Notes under the pieces: model-generated
What the model saw: the letters and a program-made list of their open reading frames with translations, nothing else
What the model was told of the DNA's origin: nothing
Database searches by the model: none
In this document: positions 12,997 through 27,000 of the stretch, piece by piece
Layout of the letters: each line of letters opens with the position of its first letter
Position numbering within the stretch: the stretch's first letter is position 1
NCBI GenBank assembly: GCA_965637545.1
Contig: OZ281495.1
Coordinates: 7,998,001 to 8,062,000, forward strand
Length of the DNA stretch: 64,000 bases
Source: Phallusia mammillata
Taxonomy: Eukaryota
Direction: 5' to 3'
Translations under genes and position numbers: made by a program

Positions 12997-13541
12997 ACAA
13001 ATTCTTGGAAACACCCTAGATTAAGATTATTCCAACGATAGCAATGTTTGTTTGGATTTTGAACACATTTTGATCTTGGCTGAAGCAAATATTCTTTACT
13101 AAACTTTTATATAATCTTACCGAAAACTAAAGTGCTACAAAACCGACAGCGAAAATCAGAAGCAGGGAGAGAAGACACAACCACATCAGCTTCAGATTTC
13201 TTTGGACACTTTTCAATGCTTCCATCAGCTTTTTTTCACGGCTTTCGTTGTTTTTCATCTCGCGAATGCCTTGGTCCGTTTCTGCAAACGATATGACGAA
13301 ACGGATTTATCACAGAAACAATTGTAATGTTGAATGAGAAGCTTAAATCTCTGTAACCCAAACTATTTATTGTAAGTGATATCACTGACAGGAAAATAGG
13401 GGCCTACATCACTTCTTAATATTGTCTGGGGGTGTTATTATGGCAAAGAAAGATATATAAAATTAACTGCTTATAGTAAACAAAATTAGTGCCTGGAAAG
13501 ATTTAGCATATTAAGATTCAGCAAAATCATAAAATCCAGGA
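12997..13541 (-). repeat. Inverted duplicate of 15294-15838, including a dead copy of the gene B TM exon (13281-13121)
   Basis: Near-exact reverse complement; the TM exon copy has a TAT>TAG stop. Confidence 0.95.
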
Positions 13542-14829
13542 AAGTCACTGTGGTGCTATACACAAACCATGATTCCATGTTCTCCTTATTTGGCGCATTA
13601 GACAACTAACTCTATGAGCATCTTATCTTTTTTTGGTTGATGGAACGCCAATCAAGTTTAACAAGCTTTATGCATTCAAAAACTGACAAAAACAATTGAC
13701 AAAAAAGCTGCATAACGTAAAAGCACCTGCGTCAAATGATTAAAGCATCTTGCGTTTATGTCCGTCACGCGCATTATGCTAGGGTGTTCGCAGCACTTCA
13801 GTGTTAAACAGTTGGATTGAAAAGTTTGCGGAAAGCTTTGTGTTGCAGTTTCGGAAACAAAACAATGAAAAGCCATCGCGATTCAGGTGGCTGCATAGCA
13901 GAAATGTTTGCGTTGCATAGTAAAGTTGCTTTTCATAGCAGAAACACAGATTTTGATGAAATCATGCGAAAAAGAAAAAAAATATGAGTCAAATTGTGAA
14001 ATGCTGCAAGCAGATTTTTTCGGTTAGCAAATCGCTAATATTGTTTTTACATAATATGCAGTCAGTGTGCAAAATATGTACTGTTGCGGTGCTGTATACA
14101 ATACCATACACTCGAGTGTATAGTACTATACACGATGGTACATTTGTATTATATCACTGTGATAAATCCAACGTTTAAGTGACACATTGTTTGACCTAGT
14201 TCACTTTACCAAAGGACTGATTGGCTTTGTCGGTTCTATATTGTAAACCACGCAGCAGCATCTTGCAAGCCGTACTGTACACATGATTCTATATTCCAGA
14301 AATTGGAAACAATTAAGGCAGCCTTGAGTTTAAAGAAATTTCAAACTTCCTGTCCCGCACTTTGTATGTAGCTGCTGGGTGTTGGCACCTTACAATGTTT
14401 GCCACAGTTTGGAGTCGCTTGCAGAAGGTTTGAGAACACTAGGAGGACCTTAAACTTGATAAACATAAATATTGCAGCCGATTTAGCAATCGCAGTTATA
14501 TTTATTGCTTTAAAATGTCAAACAAGTTTTTGGTATTGTAAATTTTATTTGCGGCCCTGGCCGAAAATATATCTATATTGTAGGCCTATATTATTCCTGA
14601 TGTGTACTTAACAGAAAAACTAGAGGATTGGTATGAAAACCTTGTGTATATTCTTTTTGCCACTGTTCTGTCTTTCAGTCACATTTTTTGGCCTGGTAAG
14701 TATATATTCGGCTGGTTTTTCCTCTACAGCGTTTTTTTTCAAACAAAGATTCGTGACGGAAATCTGACACTTACTGGTGACAAAGAGCCAAAGGCAGAAA
14801 GCTCTCCACCGAATGTGAACTCTCATTTA

Positions 14830-14945
14830 TTACGCAAATCGTTTTGGGCTGCTTGATGGGAAATCCCCTGGAGTGCAGAAATTGCCGAGTCTGCAATTGT
14901 TACACGGAAGCGGAAGAACTTTCCAAACACAAATCAGTATATAAA
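14830..14945 (+). promoter_or_regulatory. Gene B promoter: C/EBP, NF-kB, ETS and TATA motifs
   Basis: TTACGCAA 14830-14837, GGGAAATCCC 14858-14867, tandem CGGAAG 14905-14916, TATATAAA 14938-14945; ATG at 15066; module conserved upstream of gene D. Confidence 0.65.
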
Positions 14946-15065
14946 GCTGAACGCGCTGTAACTAAGTCGGACTCGATGTTGTATTTGGCCAGAGTAAAAA
15001 CATACTGTGAACTATATTGATTCAAGTGAATAGTGAGCTTAACACGTAGCTGTCCAAGATTTACA

Positions 15066-18000
15066 ATGACTACATCGGACAATGACACGCCTGGAATTCC
15101 GATGGACTTTTTGCGAAACGGTACGTAGCAGTTTTTTAATCTTATTTGCACGAAAGAGTACATAACCTAGAAATGCCGAATTTATATTAGGGACAAACAG
15201 ATCATTTTCCCGAACGTTTGTTGTGCACAAAGCAGCAAAAACTGGTTTTCCCGCAAAATAAAATGGTTCATAGGATAAAGATAACAAAATACATCCTGGA
15301 TTTTATGATTTTGCTGAATCTTAATATGCTAAATCTTTCCAGGCACTAATTTTGTTTACTATAAGCAGTTCATTTTATATATCTTTCTTTGCCATAATAA
15401 CACACCCAGACAATATTAAGAAGTGATGTATTTTCCTGTCAGTGATATCACTTACAATAAATAGTTTGGGTTATAGAGATTTAAGCTTCTCATTCAACAT
15501 TCAACAATTGTTTCTGTGATAAATCCGTTTCGTCATATCGTTTGCAGAAACGGACCAAGGCATTCGCGAGATGAAAAACAACGAAAGCCGTGAAAAAAAG
15601 CTGATGGAAGTATTGAAAAGTGTCCAAAGAAATCTGAAGCTGATGTGGTTGTGTCTTCTCTCCCTGCTTCTGATTTTCGCTGTCGGTTTTGTAGCACTTT
15701 ATTTTTCGGTAAGATTATATAAAAGTTTAGTAAACGTTAAGAATATTTGCATCAGCCAAGATCAAAATGTGTTCAAAATCCAAACAAACATTGCTATCGT
15801 TGGAATAATCTTAATCTAGGGTGTTTCCAAGAATTTGTGGGTTAGATCAGTGGTCGGCAACTGCCGGTCCGCGGGGAATTCGTTACCTGGCCGTATACAT
15901 TTTCAGTTTAAATGCTATGAAACATTTTACCCATGTATCCCGGGGATGATAAACTAATTTTGGCGTTTTCATTGCTAAATATTTGTAGTTTTTTTAAGTC
16001 CGGTCCGCGATCAAATTTCAGTTTTAAAAACGGTCCCCAGTTCAAAAAAGGTTTCCGACCCCTTGGTTAGATCATCGTTTTTATCAAAGAATTCAGAAAC
16101 GTTCGGAATTAGACTTGTCATAAAGCAAAACTCTAAAGTTAAAAAAACATTATATTCAAAGACCATCGATATCTTGAAAAAAATCTATACTTAAAAGCGT
16201 ATCTACCTTTGCAAAATGCTAAATTAAGACAAAACCCTTGAAGCTGCAAAGAAAGATGGGGAATTTGTAGGTCATTTGAATTTCGTGTACTGGTTTACGA
16301 ATAGGACTAAATTCGCATTCATTTCGAATATGTTTGATTTACATGTTAGATTTCTGCCAAAATGGAAATAGAAATCAGAAAAGGTAATCACCAACTATCA
16401 TTGACAAATCAACAACTTTCTGGAGCTTCTTTTCATGATGAATTCAAAATCCCGAAAAGTATGTGACTTAAAAGCATTTGACTTCCTTTTGATTGATTTA
16501 ATCCACGATTTTAATGAAAAGTTAAAGCAAAAATAAACTCATAATACTGATTTAAAAATGATCAATTTCGTTTTACACTAATAACTGTTTCAAAAATGAA
16601 ATAATCAATTTCGTTCTTGTTTAACATTGTTACATAAATTTCACTTTACAGGCGATGTACAGATGGACATGCGAAAAATGGAGAATGATTTCAAAAGCTT
16701 ATTGAGTCAAAATTCTAAATTTCAAGGTAATTGTTGTTTTATCTTCTTTTTCACTTCAGTCTGGTTGCATTAATTTGTCTGCGCATAATATGTCGTCTGG
16801 TTTAAGGTTTTAAACCTTAACTTTCCAAGACTTTAAGTTGGCAAGTTGTAAGTTTGGCCAGGCTTTTAGGGTCAGATTTTGGTTTTCAGTTTGAATGAAA
16901 CGAGACTTGTCGGTCATAATTGTGTCGTTATTTTACTTTCATTTCAAATTTGAAACTCATTCGGCCTGTATTAAATAAACTGGGTTTATGATCGCCTGTA
17001 ACTCTTAAAATTCAGTAAACAACAACATTAAACAAATGTATTGTTCGGTCTAATTTTGTGAGCATTTACGTTTTCAGATTCGGTTCAACACAACTTGACG
17101 GCGATTGGTGACGGTTTGGCGAGACTAGAAAACGCTTCAAGAAATACAGAAGGTAAAATGGAAAATACCGTTTTAATGTTTAACCTTGATCTGGTACGAA
17201 TTCAGTGAAAACAGACCCACCAATGACAGTAGATAGTTGTGAAACCTGTATTTCAGAAACCAATATTGTACATTCCATAAAAGAGTTATGTTTTGTGCCA
17301 TTTTTTGTTAATTTGCAAAAGTCTTTTGTTTTTGCAGAGGTAATTGGGGCCAGCTTTGCCCACTTCACTCGTGACTGGCAATTGGCTAAGATTGAACTCC
17401 GTGTCATGAAAGGTAAACTTAATTACAATAAATTTCTTACTGTGCAGTGTGAAAAAAGCGTATGTCTTAACATTCATAATAACAAAGTGGATAATTGTTT
17501 TCATGTACTTATAGATACCATACATCACAACCTAAGTGATTTTGTCGGCATGTTAAACAAAAGAGAAATCAAGCAGGTAATAAAAAAAACATTTCACATT
17601 TCTTAAATCAAATTGTTGTGCTTCTTGGATGTTCACATATTACACTTTGTGCGTAAAACTACATCGAAACTGCCAAATGCCATTTTACAACTTCGCCATT
17701 TTTCAGACCTCGTTCAACACAACCTGTCCGTTATCACTGATAGCTTGGCTAGACTTGAAAGCGGTGTCACAAATGCGGAAGGTAACATTAGGTGTTATAC
17801 AACAGTTGTTGTTTGACGCAGAGCTGTAAGTCGGGCTGGGTTAGGGTCGGGTTAGGGCTTGGGTTTCTTAAAAACGGACTTGCTTGGGGCCTCACTTTAC
17901 ACTCTGTGTCATTTTTTTTCAAATAGCTAGTTGCTGGACCTAACCTATTGTCAAACAGCCCTAAAACGCCTTGTTTAAAACTGATTGTCTAATGTGTTTT

Positions 18001-21000
18001 TTTGTTTGTTATTTTGGTCTTTCCAGAGGCTTTAATGTAGGCCTATCAATCAAAATTCCGGGCCAAAACGGGCTTCTCATGAACGATTCGGGTTCTCTGG
18101 TTCGACGTTTTCATGTTACACCTTTGTTATAAAACTCTGAAACAAAGACATATTGAAAATATAATTGATTAACATATTTCAAACTGCAAGTGTCATTTGT
18201 TATCCATTCTATTATGGACTGTACTTTTGCAGGATAGGATATAAAAATCGGATAATTGCATTTATATTGTTTAAAACCAAATCTTTAGCTTTTTTTAACT
18301 GATAATACGATTTGTTTAATTCTCTCTTCAAGTATAAAGCGATCCTAAAATTGTCATACATAAAATCGTTTTTGCATTTAAAATAACTAAAAAGTTAGCA
18401 TAAAATACCAAGCTGCACTTTATATTTTACAACACTTCCCCCTCATAAAACGGTTTATAAGCCGACCGCCTAATCAAATGCCGATTAAACGAGGTTCGCA
18501 TAATTAGGAAGCCCTGCATTACCATGTTTTGTGTTACGAATTAAGCTAAGCAACTGTATAGCGCAATAACATTTGTTACACAAATTCGTCAAAGTAATTT
18601 GTTTCACAGGGTTGCTTCAGAATAGTTTAACTAACTCTAGCTGCGACTTGCAATCAGTTTCAGAAGACTTGGGTGATATGAAGGGTGAACTAACTTAAAT
18701 GTAACTTATATCACCCAAGACTGTATTTTGTTTCGTATATATTTCCCAAGAAATACCCAAGAAAAAGCGGTTTTTGTTTTTGCAGAAGAGTTGAAGACCA
18801 ACATTACCTCGATATCAATCAATGTTAACGCTTTGCAAGCCCAACACACAACGAACGGAGGTAAAAGTGTTTCCGTGAAAAGTTTCGTGAATTTTAAATG
18901 TTAGCTTTCCTAAACAAGTTATATAAGTTTGGCCAGGCTGTTTGGACTTGGTTCAGTTTGGGGTTTCAGTTTGAATAAACCGAGCTACGTTCGAAAATGG
19001 CGTTACGTTATTTAACTTTTCATTGTACCATTAGGTCTAATTTCAGGCATGTACGTTTTCAGATTTGGTTCAACACAACTTGACGGCGATTGCTGAAGGT
19101 TTGGAGAGACTAGAAAATGCTTCAAGAAATACAAAAGGTAACATGGAAAATATCGCATTGATGTCTAACGTTGGTCTGGTACATATGTATTAAACATTTT
19201 GACCCACTGACGCTAATAGTTAGCTGTGAAAACTGTAATCCGAGAAACCAATAAAGCACTTTCCATAACAATGTGATGTTTTGTGTCTTTTTTGCCTATT
19301 TGTAAAAAGCTTTTTGTTCTCAGAGATAATCCAAGTCAGTTCAGTCAACTTCACGCGCGACCTGCAATCAATAAAAAAAGAATTGCGCGGCATGAAAAGT
19401 AAACTTGTAAAAATGACAATTGTATTTTTAAGGATATTTCTTACTGTGCTGTGTTACAAAATCGTATGTAACAACATTCATAACAGCGAACTATTTTTTC
19501 ATGCTTTTAGATATTGCACACCACAACCTAACTAAAATTGTCGACATGCTGGTGGTTGAACTGACATATTAAGTTATACTTTATAACTACAGCGAAACAG
19601 CTGTCAACTTATAACTTTGCCATTTCGCCATTTTTCAGACTTAGTTCAACATAACCTGACCGTTATAACTGGCAGCATGTCTAGGCTTGAAAGCGGTGTC
19701 ACAAATGCGAAAGGTAACATTCGTGTACAACAGCTGTTTAATATTTGTCTGTTACAGTAGTTCGTTAAATAATATGTAGACACCTATGCTAGATCCTTAA
19801 GAAGCTTTGCGCTTCACATTTTATCACACTGCCAATAAAACTGTTTATAAGCCGACCGTATAATCAAATGCCGACAAGGAAGCCTTCTATTAGCATGTCT
19901 CGTGTTACAAATTACGTTTAGCAAGTGTATAGACCAATAACTTCCGTAATGTTTTACGCGAATCAGTCACAGCCATTTGTGTTACAGAGTCGATTCAGAA
20001 TAATTTAAACAATGTCAGCTACGATTTGCAATCAGTTTCACAACACTTGCATGACATGAAAGGTAAAGTAACTTACATGATAACTTGCTGTAAATTGTTT
20101 CGTTAACATTTTTCTTTGACTGTTTCAATTAATCAAGTTTAAAGAGCTCTTCTGGCAAATGTGATTATATTCCGACGTTTCGACGTCCGATACAGGTCGT
20201 CTTCATCAGGGTAAATAACACTAATGAAGACGACCTGTATAGGACGTCGAAACGTCGGAATAAAATCACATTTGCAAGAAGAGCTCTTTAAACTTGATAC
20301 TATGCATGGCAGCAATAGCTTATATGTTTCAATTAATGTTTTATTTAAGATATTATGCACTACAACTTCACTAAAATTTCAAATATGGTAAAAAACGGAA
20401 GAAAAGATGAGAAACGTATTAAACAACTTGTTTGTATATTGATCAAATAAATGTCAATAAAATTGGGTTAAAAGTATATGATTTAAGGACATTTTACCTA
20501 TCAAGTACAAAAATTATTATTACTAACTCATGTTTGAGACGCGTTCATTTAAACTTCTTTCGTCCGTTTGGACTCGATTTGAAGATTAGAATATTTTCTG
20601 TTCTTGACTATTATTTACTTGTATAATATATCTGTTGTTTCTTTAGATCAAATGCAGCAACTAGGTACTATAACTAAATCATTGAGTTCAATACAAAATG
20701 CCTCTCACAATTCCACCAAACAACTACAAATCGTTGGTGAACAATCGTATTTGATTCTTCAAACACTTGGAAACATTTCTCAAACTACAGCAAGTTCAGA
20801 GAAATATCTTAAAGGTAATGTCGTTATTTCTTTTGTTGTCCTACGATTATAGTGGTTACGTCAATGTTCCCCTTATGTTGCGTGCCTATACAACGCAAAA
20901 CGGTTATGCTTAACTGACATATAGAACTGATAATAACACAGGGATTGTTTGCACTCAACGTTTTTTTACTATGTACAAGGTCTTTGGCAGTTTTATTTTT

Positions 21001-24000
21001 GATTAAGCTATGTGCGTTACTGGCTGTGTTCCCAAACGACAATGTGATTTGTTTGTCAAAAAAACGGTTTTTAATCCTTCAACAATCACAGATTCAAACT
21101 ACCTAATTTAAAACACATAAAGAGCGATTTTAGTAAGCGTCAATTCGAGAGACGACAAAGAGAGTTCTTAGATAAAAGTTAAATTAGGGCCCACGCCTAC
21201 TTTCTCTCCGAGCATTCCATTCAATCCTGGAAGTAAACACCACAAAGGGATACAATTACTTACAGCACGATCTTTTGTTACGAATAAAACGCTTAACCAA
21301 CAGTTATACGTTGTAGTTTTTCAGACTTTGTGTCTTTAGTGGTCAAACTATAAATAAATTTATCAAACAATTTCGGAATTGTTTGTTACATCAGACACCC
21401 CAAGTTCGGACATAATACATGACAAGTTTAGACCAACCCTAGACTCCTTAGCTTCGGCACCTATGCAGCTAGCCTCTGGGTGTTTAACATAAATAGGTTG
21501 GCCAACAAACTTCAGATTATGTTTGTAGGCGAAACATCCCTTTTAATTTGAAAAAAATAGTGTAAAAGTAGGCTGTTGGGTAAAAATATGGAGATTGGAC
21601 CACATAATTTTGCTCTTGTGGTTTAAGTAAGTTTTTCAACTAACAGTTTATCGCAAATACTACAATACTGTGTTCAAATTTGACACTTGTGAACCTAGAG
21701 TCAAGAGTCACTGCGATAAGCCGACAATTAGCTTTCTTTCATTAGTTCGTGTTTTTCAGGTTTGCAAAACAACTTAGTGCAACAAAACAACGATCCAAAC
21801 ATGGGGAGTCTGTCTGTTGAGAATAGTTTAAATTTGTTGAAAAGTAAAATTAAAAAAGAAACAAATGCCCAATAAAAAGTGGTTTTTGTTTTTGCAGAAG
21901 AGTTGAAGCACAACATTACCTCGATATCAAATAATGTCAACGCTTTACAAGTTCAACACACCACGAACGAAGGTAAAAGTGTTTTCGTGGAACGTTTGAT
22001 GAATTTCCGTCTCTTGCTGTTTGCATTTAACCAACAAACCTAAAAATTTTAGGATTAAAAAAATATTTCAAACACTGTTTGACGTTGTAGCTTTTTGGTT
22101 AACGGTGTTAGATGGTAAACTTGTAAACAAGATCCAAAATTGATTTTTTTTACATTATTGCGGTGTATTCAAGATTAACTTAACATTAATTTAACTATCA
22201 CCCAGCAATGAATGCAAACTATCTACAACGTCTCACTACTACAAACAACAACATGGAATCAATTCAAACAACTTTGACAGCTTTAAAAGGTAAACATTTT
22301 TTGCCATGGCCGAATTATCATGACAAAATTTAAAGCTGTCCGATACAAACAGGCTTGCAATATCACGATTTAATACTTAATCGAAATTTTAAAACGTATA
22401 GTTCAGTTGGAGAGAAATCTAAGTTCGCTGTCACGCAGTTCGAATTCAATCCGAATTAAAGTTATCTAAGTCAGTTTCACAAACTTCTACTCAATAATGT
22501 TTATCGTCATTAACCAAATGCTCTTTCCAGTAGTTTTCATTTCATAACGTTTTAAAGTAACGCAGCTATTTCCGGCTTGCTGATTTGTCAGGACAATTGT
22601 GTAGCTATTTTTTTGCAGTCGGTATTGGTCGTTGTCAACAAACAATTTTCACTTTCCTATAGTAAGAGTCGAACCTTAATGACGTAATGCCGAAAGGTCA
22701 TGAGTATCATATGATCCATCGACACAATGGGCTTCTTTACACAATAGGTTTCGAAATGATTAGTTATAAAATAGCGTTTTGAAACGTTATAGCAACAAAA
22801 AATAAAGTTAATATGCTTCCTTGAATTTTATACAACAAGGAAAAACAATACATAAGACTGGGTGCATGCGTTTTTTCCTGTAGCAAGCTAAAATCCCAGC
22901 CCGACTTACAATTTTATTTCGCCTGCTGGATTATTTATTGTTTAGATTTTTCCGCTTGTAAAGTCAATAACTTTAGTATTATTTTGCAAATAAGTTCCTC
23001 TTCTTTGGTGCTATGTAGTTTAACTTTATCCTTGTAGTTTTTTTGGAGGGAACGAAAAGCAAATCTTGTTTGTCAAAAACGTAGACAGCTATGCGAGGGG
23101 AGCTTTTGGCTTTGTTCCTTTCAAATATAATGAGACCACGAAAATATTAATTCTTGCACAAGTTTGTCATTGTGAAGACTCTGCAATGCACATTACGGTG
23201 TTTCCGAACTAAGATTTGTTTTCCTTCTTGCTTTTGGTTTCTTCAAATCTATTAGATTGAGTCACTACCCGACTTCGTTGAGTCATGTGCGCAGTTGTGG
23301 CTTACAGGCACATCTTTTTGCATTTAAATGTGACTTAGTAGTTGCCTTTAGTAAAATAACGAGTAAAAATATCAATCTAGATTCTAGACTCTAGACTACT
23401 TCCGTCTTTTGAATATGCGTTGACTAGCCAAATTAAACTTCAAATCAAAATAAACGAGCGTAATAGGTCGCTCATATATTTTTCTGGTTTAACTTGACTA
23501 AATAAAGATATGGGCCTACACACGACAAAACACATTTTTCAAGGAAACTATAAATGACTTGTAACTTTTTTGTTAAGGAACGTTGCAGCACAATATGTTA
23601 ACTCTAGAACCTGGATTTTCAACGTTACTACGTAAAACGAAGTGAATTATTCTCTATTTGTAATTCGAAAACATACGCAAAGTAGGCTAGTATAAAAACG
23701 ATGAAAAAGCAATCAGAGAAAAATACTTTAAATATACATTTTCCGATGTCAGTAGTTCTCAAATTGTGCGTCTTTTCAATTTTTAAATGGCATTTCGGTA
23801 TAGTTCCGTTTCGTAACTTTTTGTTGTTGCATCAATAAACACATCTTCTATATTAAGTTTCCTCATTAACTTTTATTTGCTGGTGCGTCGCAAGTCTAGA
23901 AAACGTTTCCAAAAGGTGTTGTACAAAAAAAGTTTGAAAACCACTGCTATATGTCATTAGATAGCTCTAATCTTTTTCTATAAATAAGAGAAAAATATTT

Positions 24001-27000
24001 GTGATTTCGTGAAAGGTTTCGTGAATTTTGAAACTTGGCTTTCCTAGACAAGTTGTAAGTTTGGTCACGTTTTGAGGACTTGGTTCAGTTTGAATGAAAC
24101 TAGCTTGATTTATACATGCTAATCCTCATTTGTGTCGTTATTTTACTTTTTCACAATTAGGTTTAATTTCGACCTATATTTGTAAAACTTGGTTTAGAAT
24201 CGCTTGTAAAATCGCTTGCAAAGTCAGTAAGCAACAAATTAAATGAATTTACTGTTCAGTCTAATTTTGTCAGCATTTACGTTTTCAGATTTGGTTCAAC
24301 ACAACTTGACGGCGATTGCTGACGATTTTTCGAGACTAGAAAACGCTTCAAGAAACACAGAAGGTAACATGGAAAATATCGCAATGATATCTAACATTGG
24401 TCTGGTACAAATCCAGTAAAACTTTGACCAACTGCTAGTAGTTTGCTGTGAAAACTTAAATTCGATAAACCAATTAAGCACTTTTTATAACAATGTGATG
24501 TTTTATGGCATTTTTTGCTAATTTTGCTAAAATCAGCCTTACAAAATCGTTTATAACAACATTCATAATAACAAAGTATTTTTTCGTGCATTCAGATATT
24601 AAACACGACAACCTAACTAAAATTGTTGACATGCTACATAAAAGGGAAAATGAAGCAGGTAATAAAAACATGCAATGTTGGTTAAACTAAATTGTTGTGC
24701 TTGTTGGATGTTAACATATTAAGTTATACTTTGATTCTTAATTGTGGGTAAAAGTGTAGAGAAACAGTTGCCAACTTATAACTTTGTCATTCGTCATTTT
24801 TCAGACTTAGTTCAACACAATCTGTCCGTTATAACTGGCAGCTTGTCTAGGCTTGAAAGCGGTGTCACAAACACGGAAGGTAACATTGGGGTACAACAGT
24901 TCTTTAGTGTTTATATGTTACTGTAGTTCGTTAAATAATACATAGACACTTATGTAAGATCCTTAATAAGTTTTGCGCTTTACATGTTATCACATTGTCA
25001 GCCAATAAAACTGTTTATAAGTCGCCCACATAATCAAAGGCCGACAAGGAAGCCTTCTATTAGCATGTCTCCTGTTGCGAATTGCGTTTAGCTAGTGTAT
25101 AGGCCAATAACTTCCGTTGTGCGTTACGCGAATCAGCCAATGCCATTTGTTTTACAGAGTTGCTTCGGAATAGTTTAACCAATTTCAGCTCCGAATTGCA
25201 ATCAGTTTTACAACACTTGCATTACATGAAAGGTAAATTAACTTAAATGACAACTTGCTTTGTATTGTTTCTTTAACATTTTTCTTTGACTGTTCAAATT
25301 CATGTTTTGTTTAAGATATTATGCACCACAACTTTACTGAAATTTTAAAGATGGTAGAAAACGGAAGTAAAGATGGGAAAGGTATTGAACAACTTGTTTC
25401 AATTCCTGATATCAAACAATTGCTACCAAAATTGCGTTAAAAGTATTTAAGTCAAGAACATTTTACCCACCGAGTAGTTTTCAACTTTTTTGGTCCATGT
25501 GGACTCGATTTGAAGATTAAAATATATTTACCGTTCTTGACTATTATTTACTTGTATAATATATCTGTTGTTTCTTTAGATCAAATGCAGCAATTAGGTA
25601 CTATAACTAAATCATTGAGTTCGATACAAAATGCGTCTCACCACTCCACTAAACAACTACAATCCGTTGATGAACAATCGAATTTGATTCGTCAAACACT
25701 TGAAAATGTCTCTGAAACTACAGCAAGTTCAGCGAAATATATTAAAGGTAATGTCGTTAACTTTTTTATTGTCTGATGACGTTATTGCTAACGCTTGCCA
25801 AACGACAATATAATTGTTTGTCAATAAAAACCAAACGATTTTCATTTGTTTAACAGTCACGGATTCAAACTACCTAATTTGTAAACACATAAAGAGCTAT
25901 TTTAGTTTCAAACGGAAATGTGCACCACGCCAAGCATTCAAATCAATTTTAAAAGTAAACGCCACAAGGGATGCTTTTTGATTGACGAAAGACTTTGTAG
26001 AGTTACGGAGGGTTTTTCCTTGGTTAAAATTATCTCAAACACTGTTAGACATTGTAGCTGTTTGGTCAATGATGTTAGATAATAAACTTGCAAAACAAGA
26101 TCCAGACTTGTTTTAAGACATTTTCATATCGCTGTATATTTAAGATTAACTTAACATGCTTCTATCATCCAGCGATGAATGCAAACTATCTACAACGTCT
26201 CACTACTACAAACATCAACATTGAATCCATTCAAACAACTTTGACAGCTTTCAAAGGTAAACCTTTGTTGCCAGTGCCTAGTTATTATGACAAAGTTTAG
26301 AGCTGTCTAATTATAACAGGCTTGCAATACCACGTTTTAACATATAATTGAAACTTTAAAACGCAGGCCAATTGCAGAAAAATCTAAGTTCCCTATCAAG
26401 CATTTTGGGGTCAATTCAGGATCAACATTCAACTTATCAAGGTCAGTTACACAAACTTCTACTCAATAATGTTCATCCGTCATTAACCAACTGCCTCTTC
26501 CAGTAGTTTGCACTCCATAACGTTCTAACGTGACGCAGCTATTTTCGGGTTGCTGATTTGTTAGGTCAATCGTGTAGCTAAGTTTTTTTGTAGGCAGTAT
26601 TGGTCTGATTGTTGTAAACAACAACTTTCAGTTTTATCAGTCAGAGTCGAACTCTAATGGCCTAATGTCGAAAGGTCACGAGTATCATATGACCCATCGA
26701 CACAATGTACTCCTTTAAAACGATATGTTTCGAAATGATTAATTCTTGAAAAGTTGCAGCATCAGCAAATGAAGTTAATATGCTTCCTTGAATTACATAC
26801 AACAAGCAAAAACAATGCATAAGACTGGGTGCATGCATTTTGTAGGCACTGTAGCAAGCTAAAAGCAATTGTTTGTTTGTTTTATATTTTGATCCTCGTT
26901 AAGCCGAACAACGAATAACCCGAGCTCAACCCAACGCAAAAAGCTCAGCCCCACTTGCAACTCTGTTACTCCTGCTGGATCATTTATTGTTTAGTTTATT

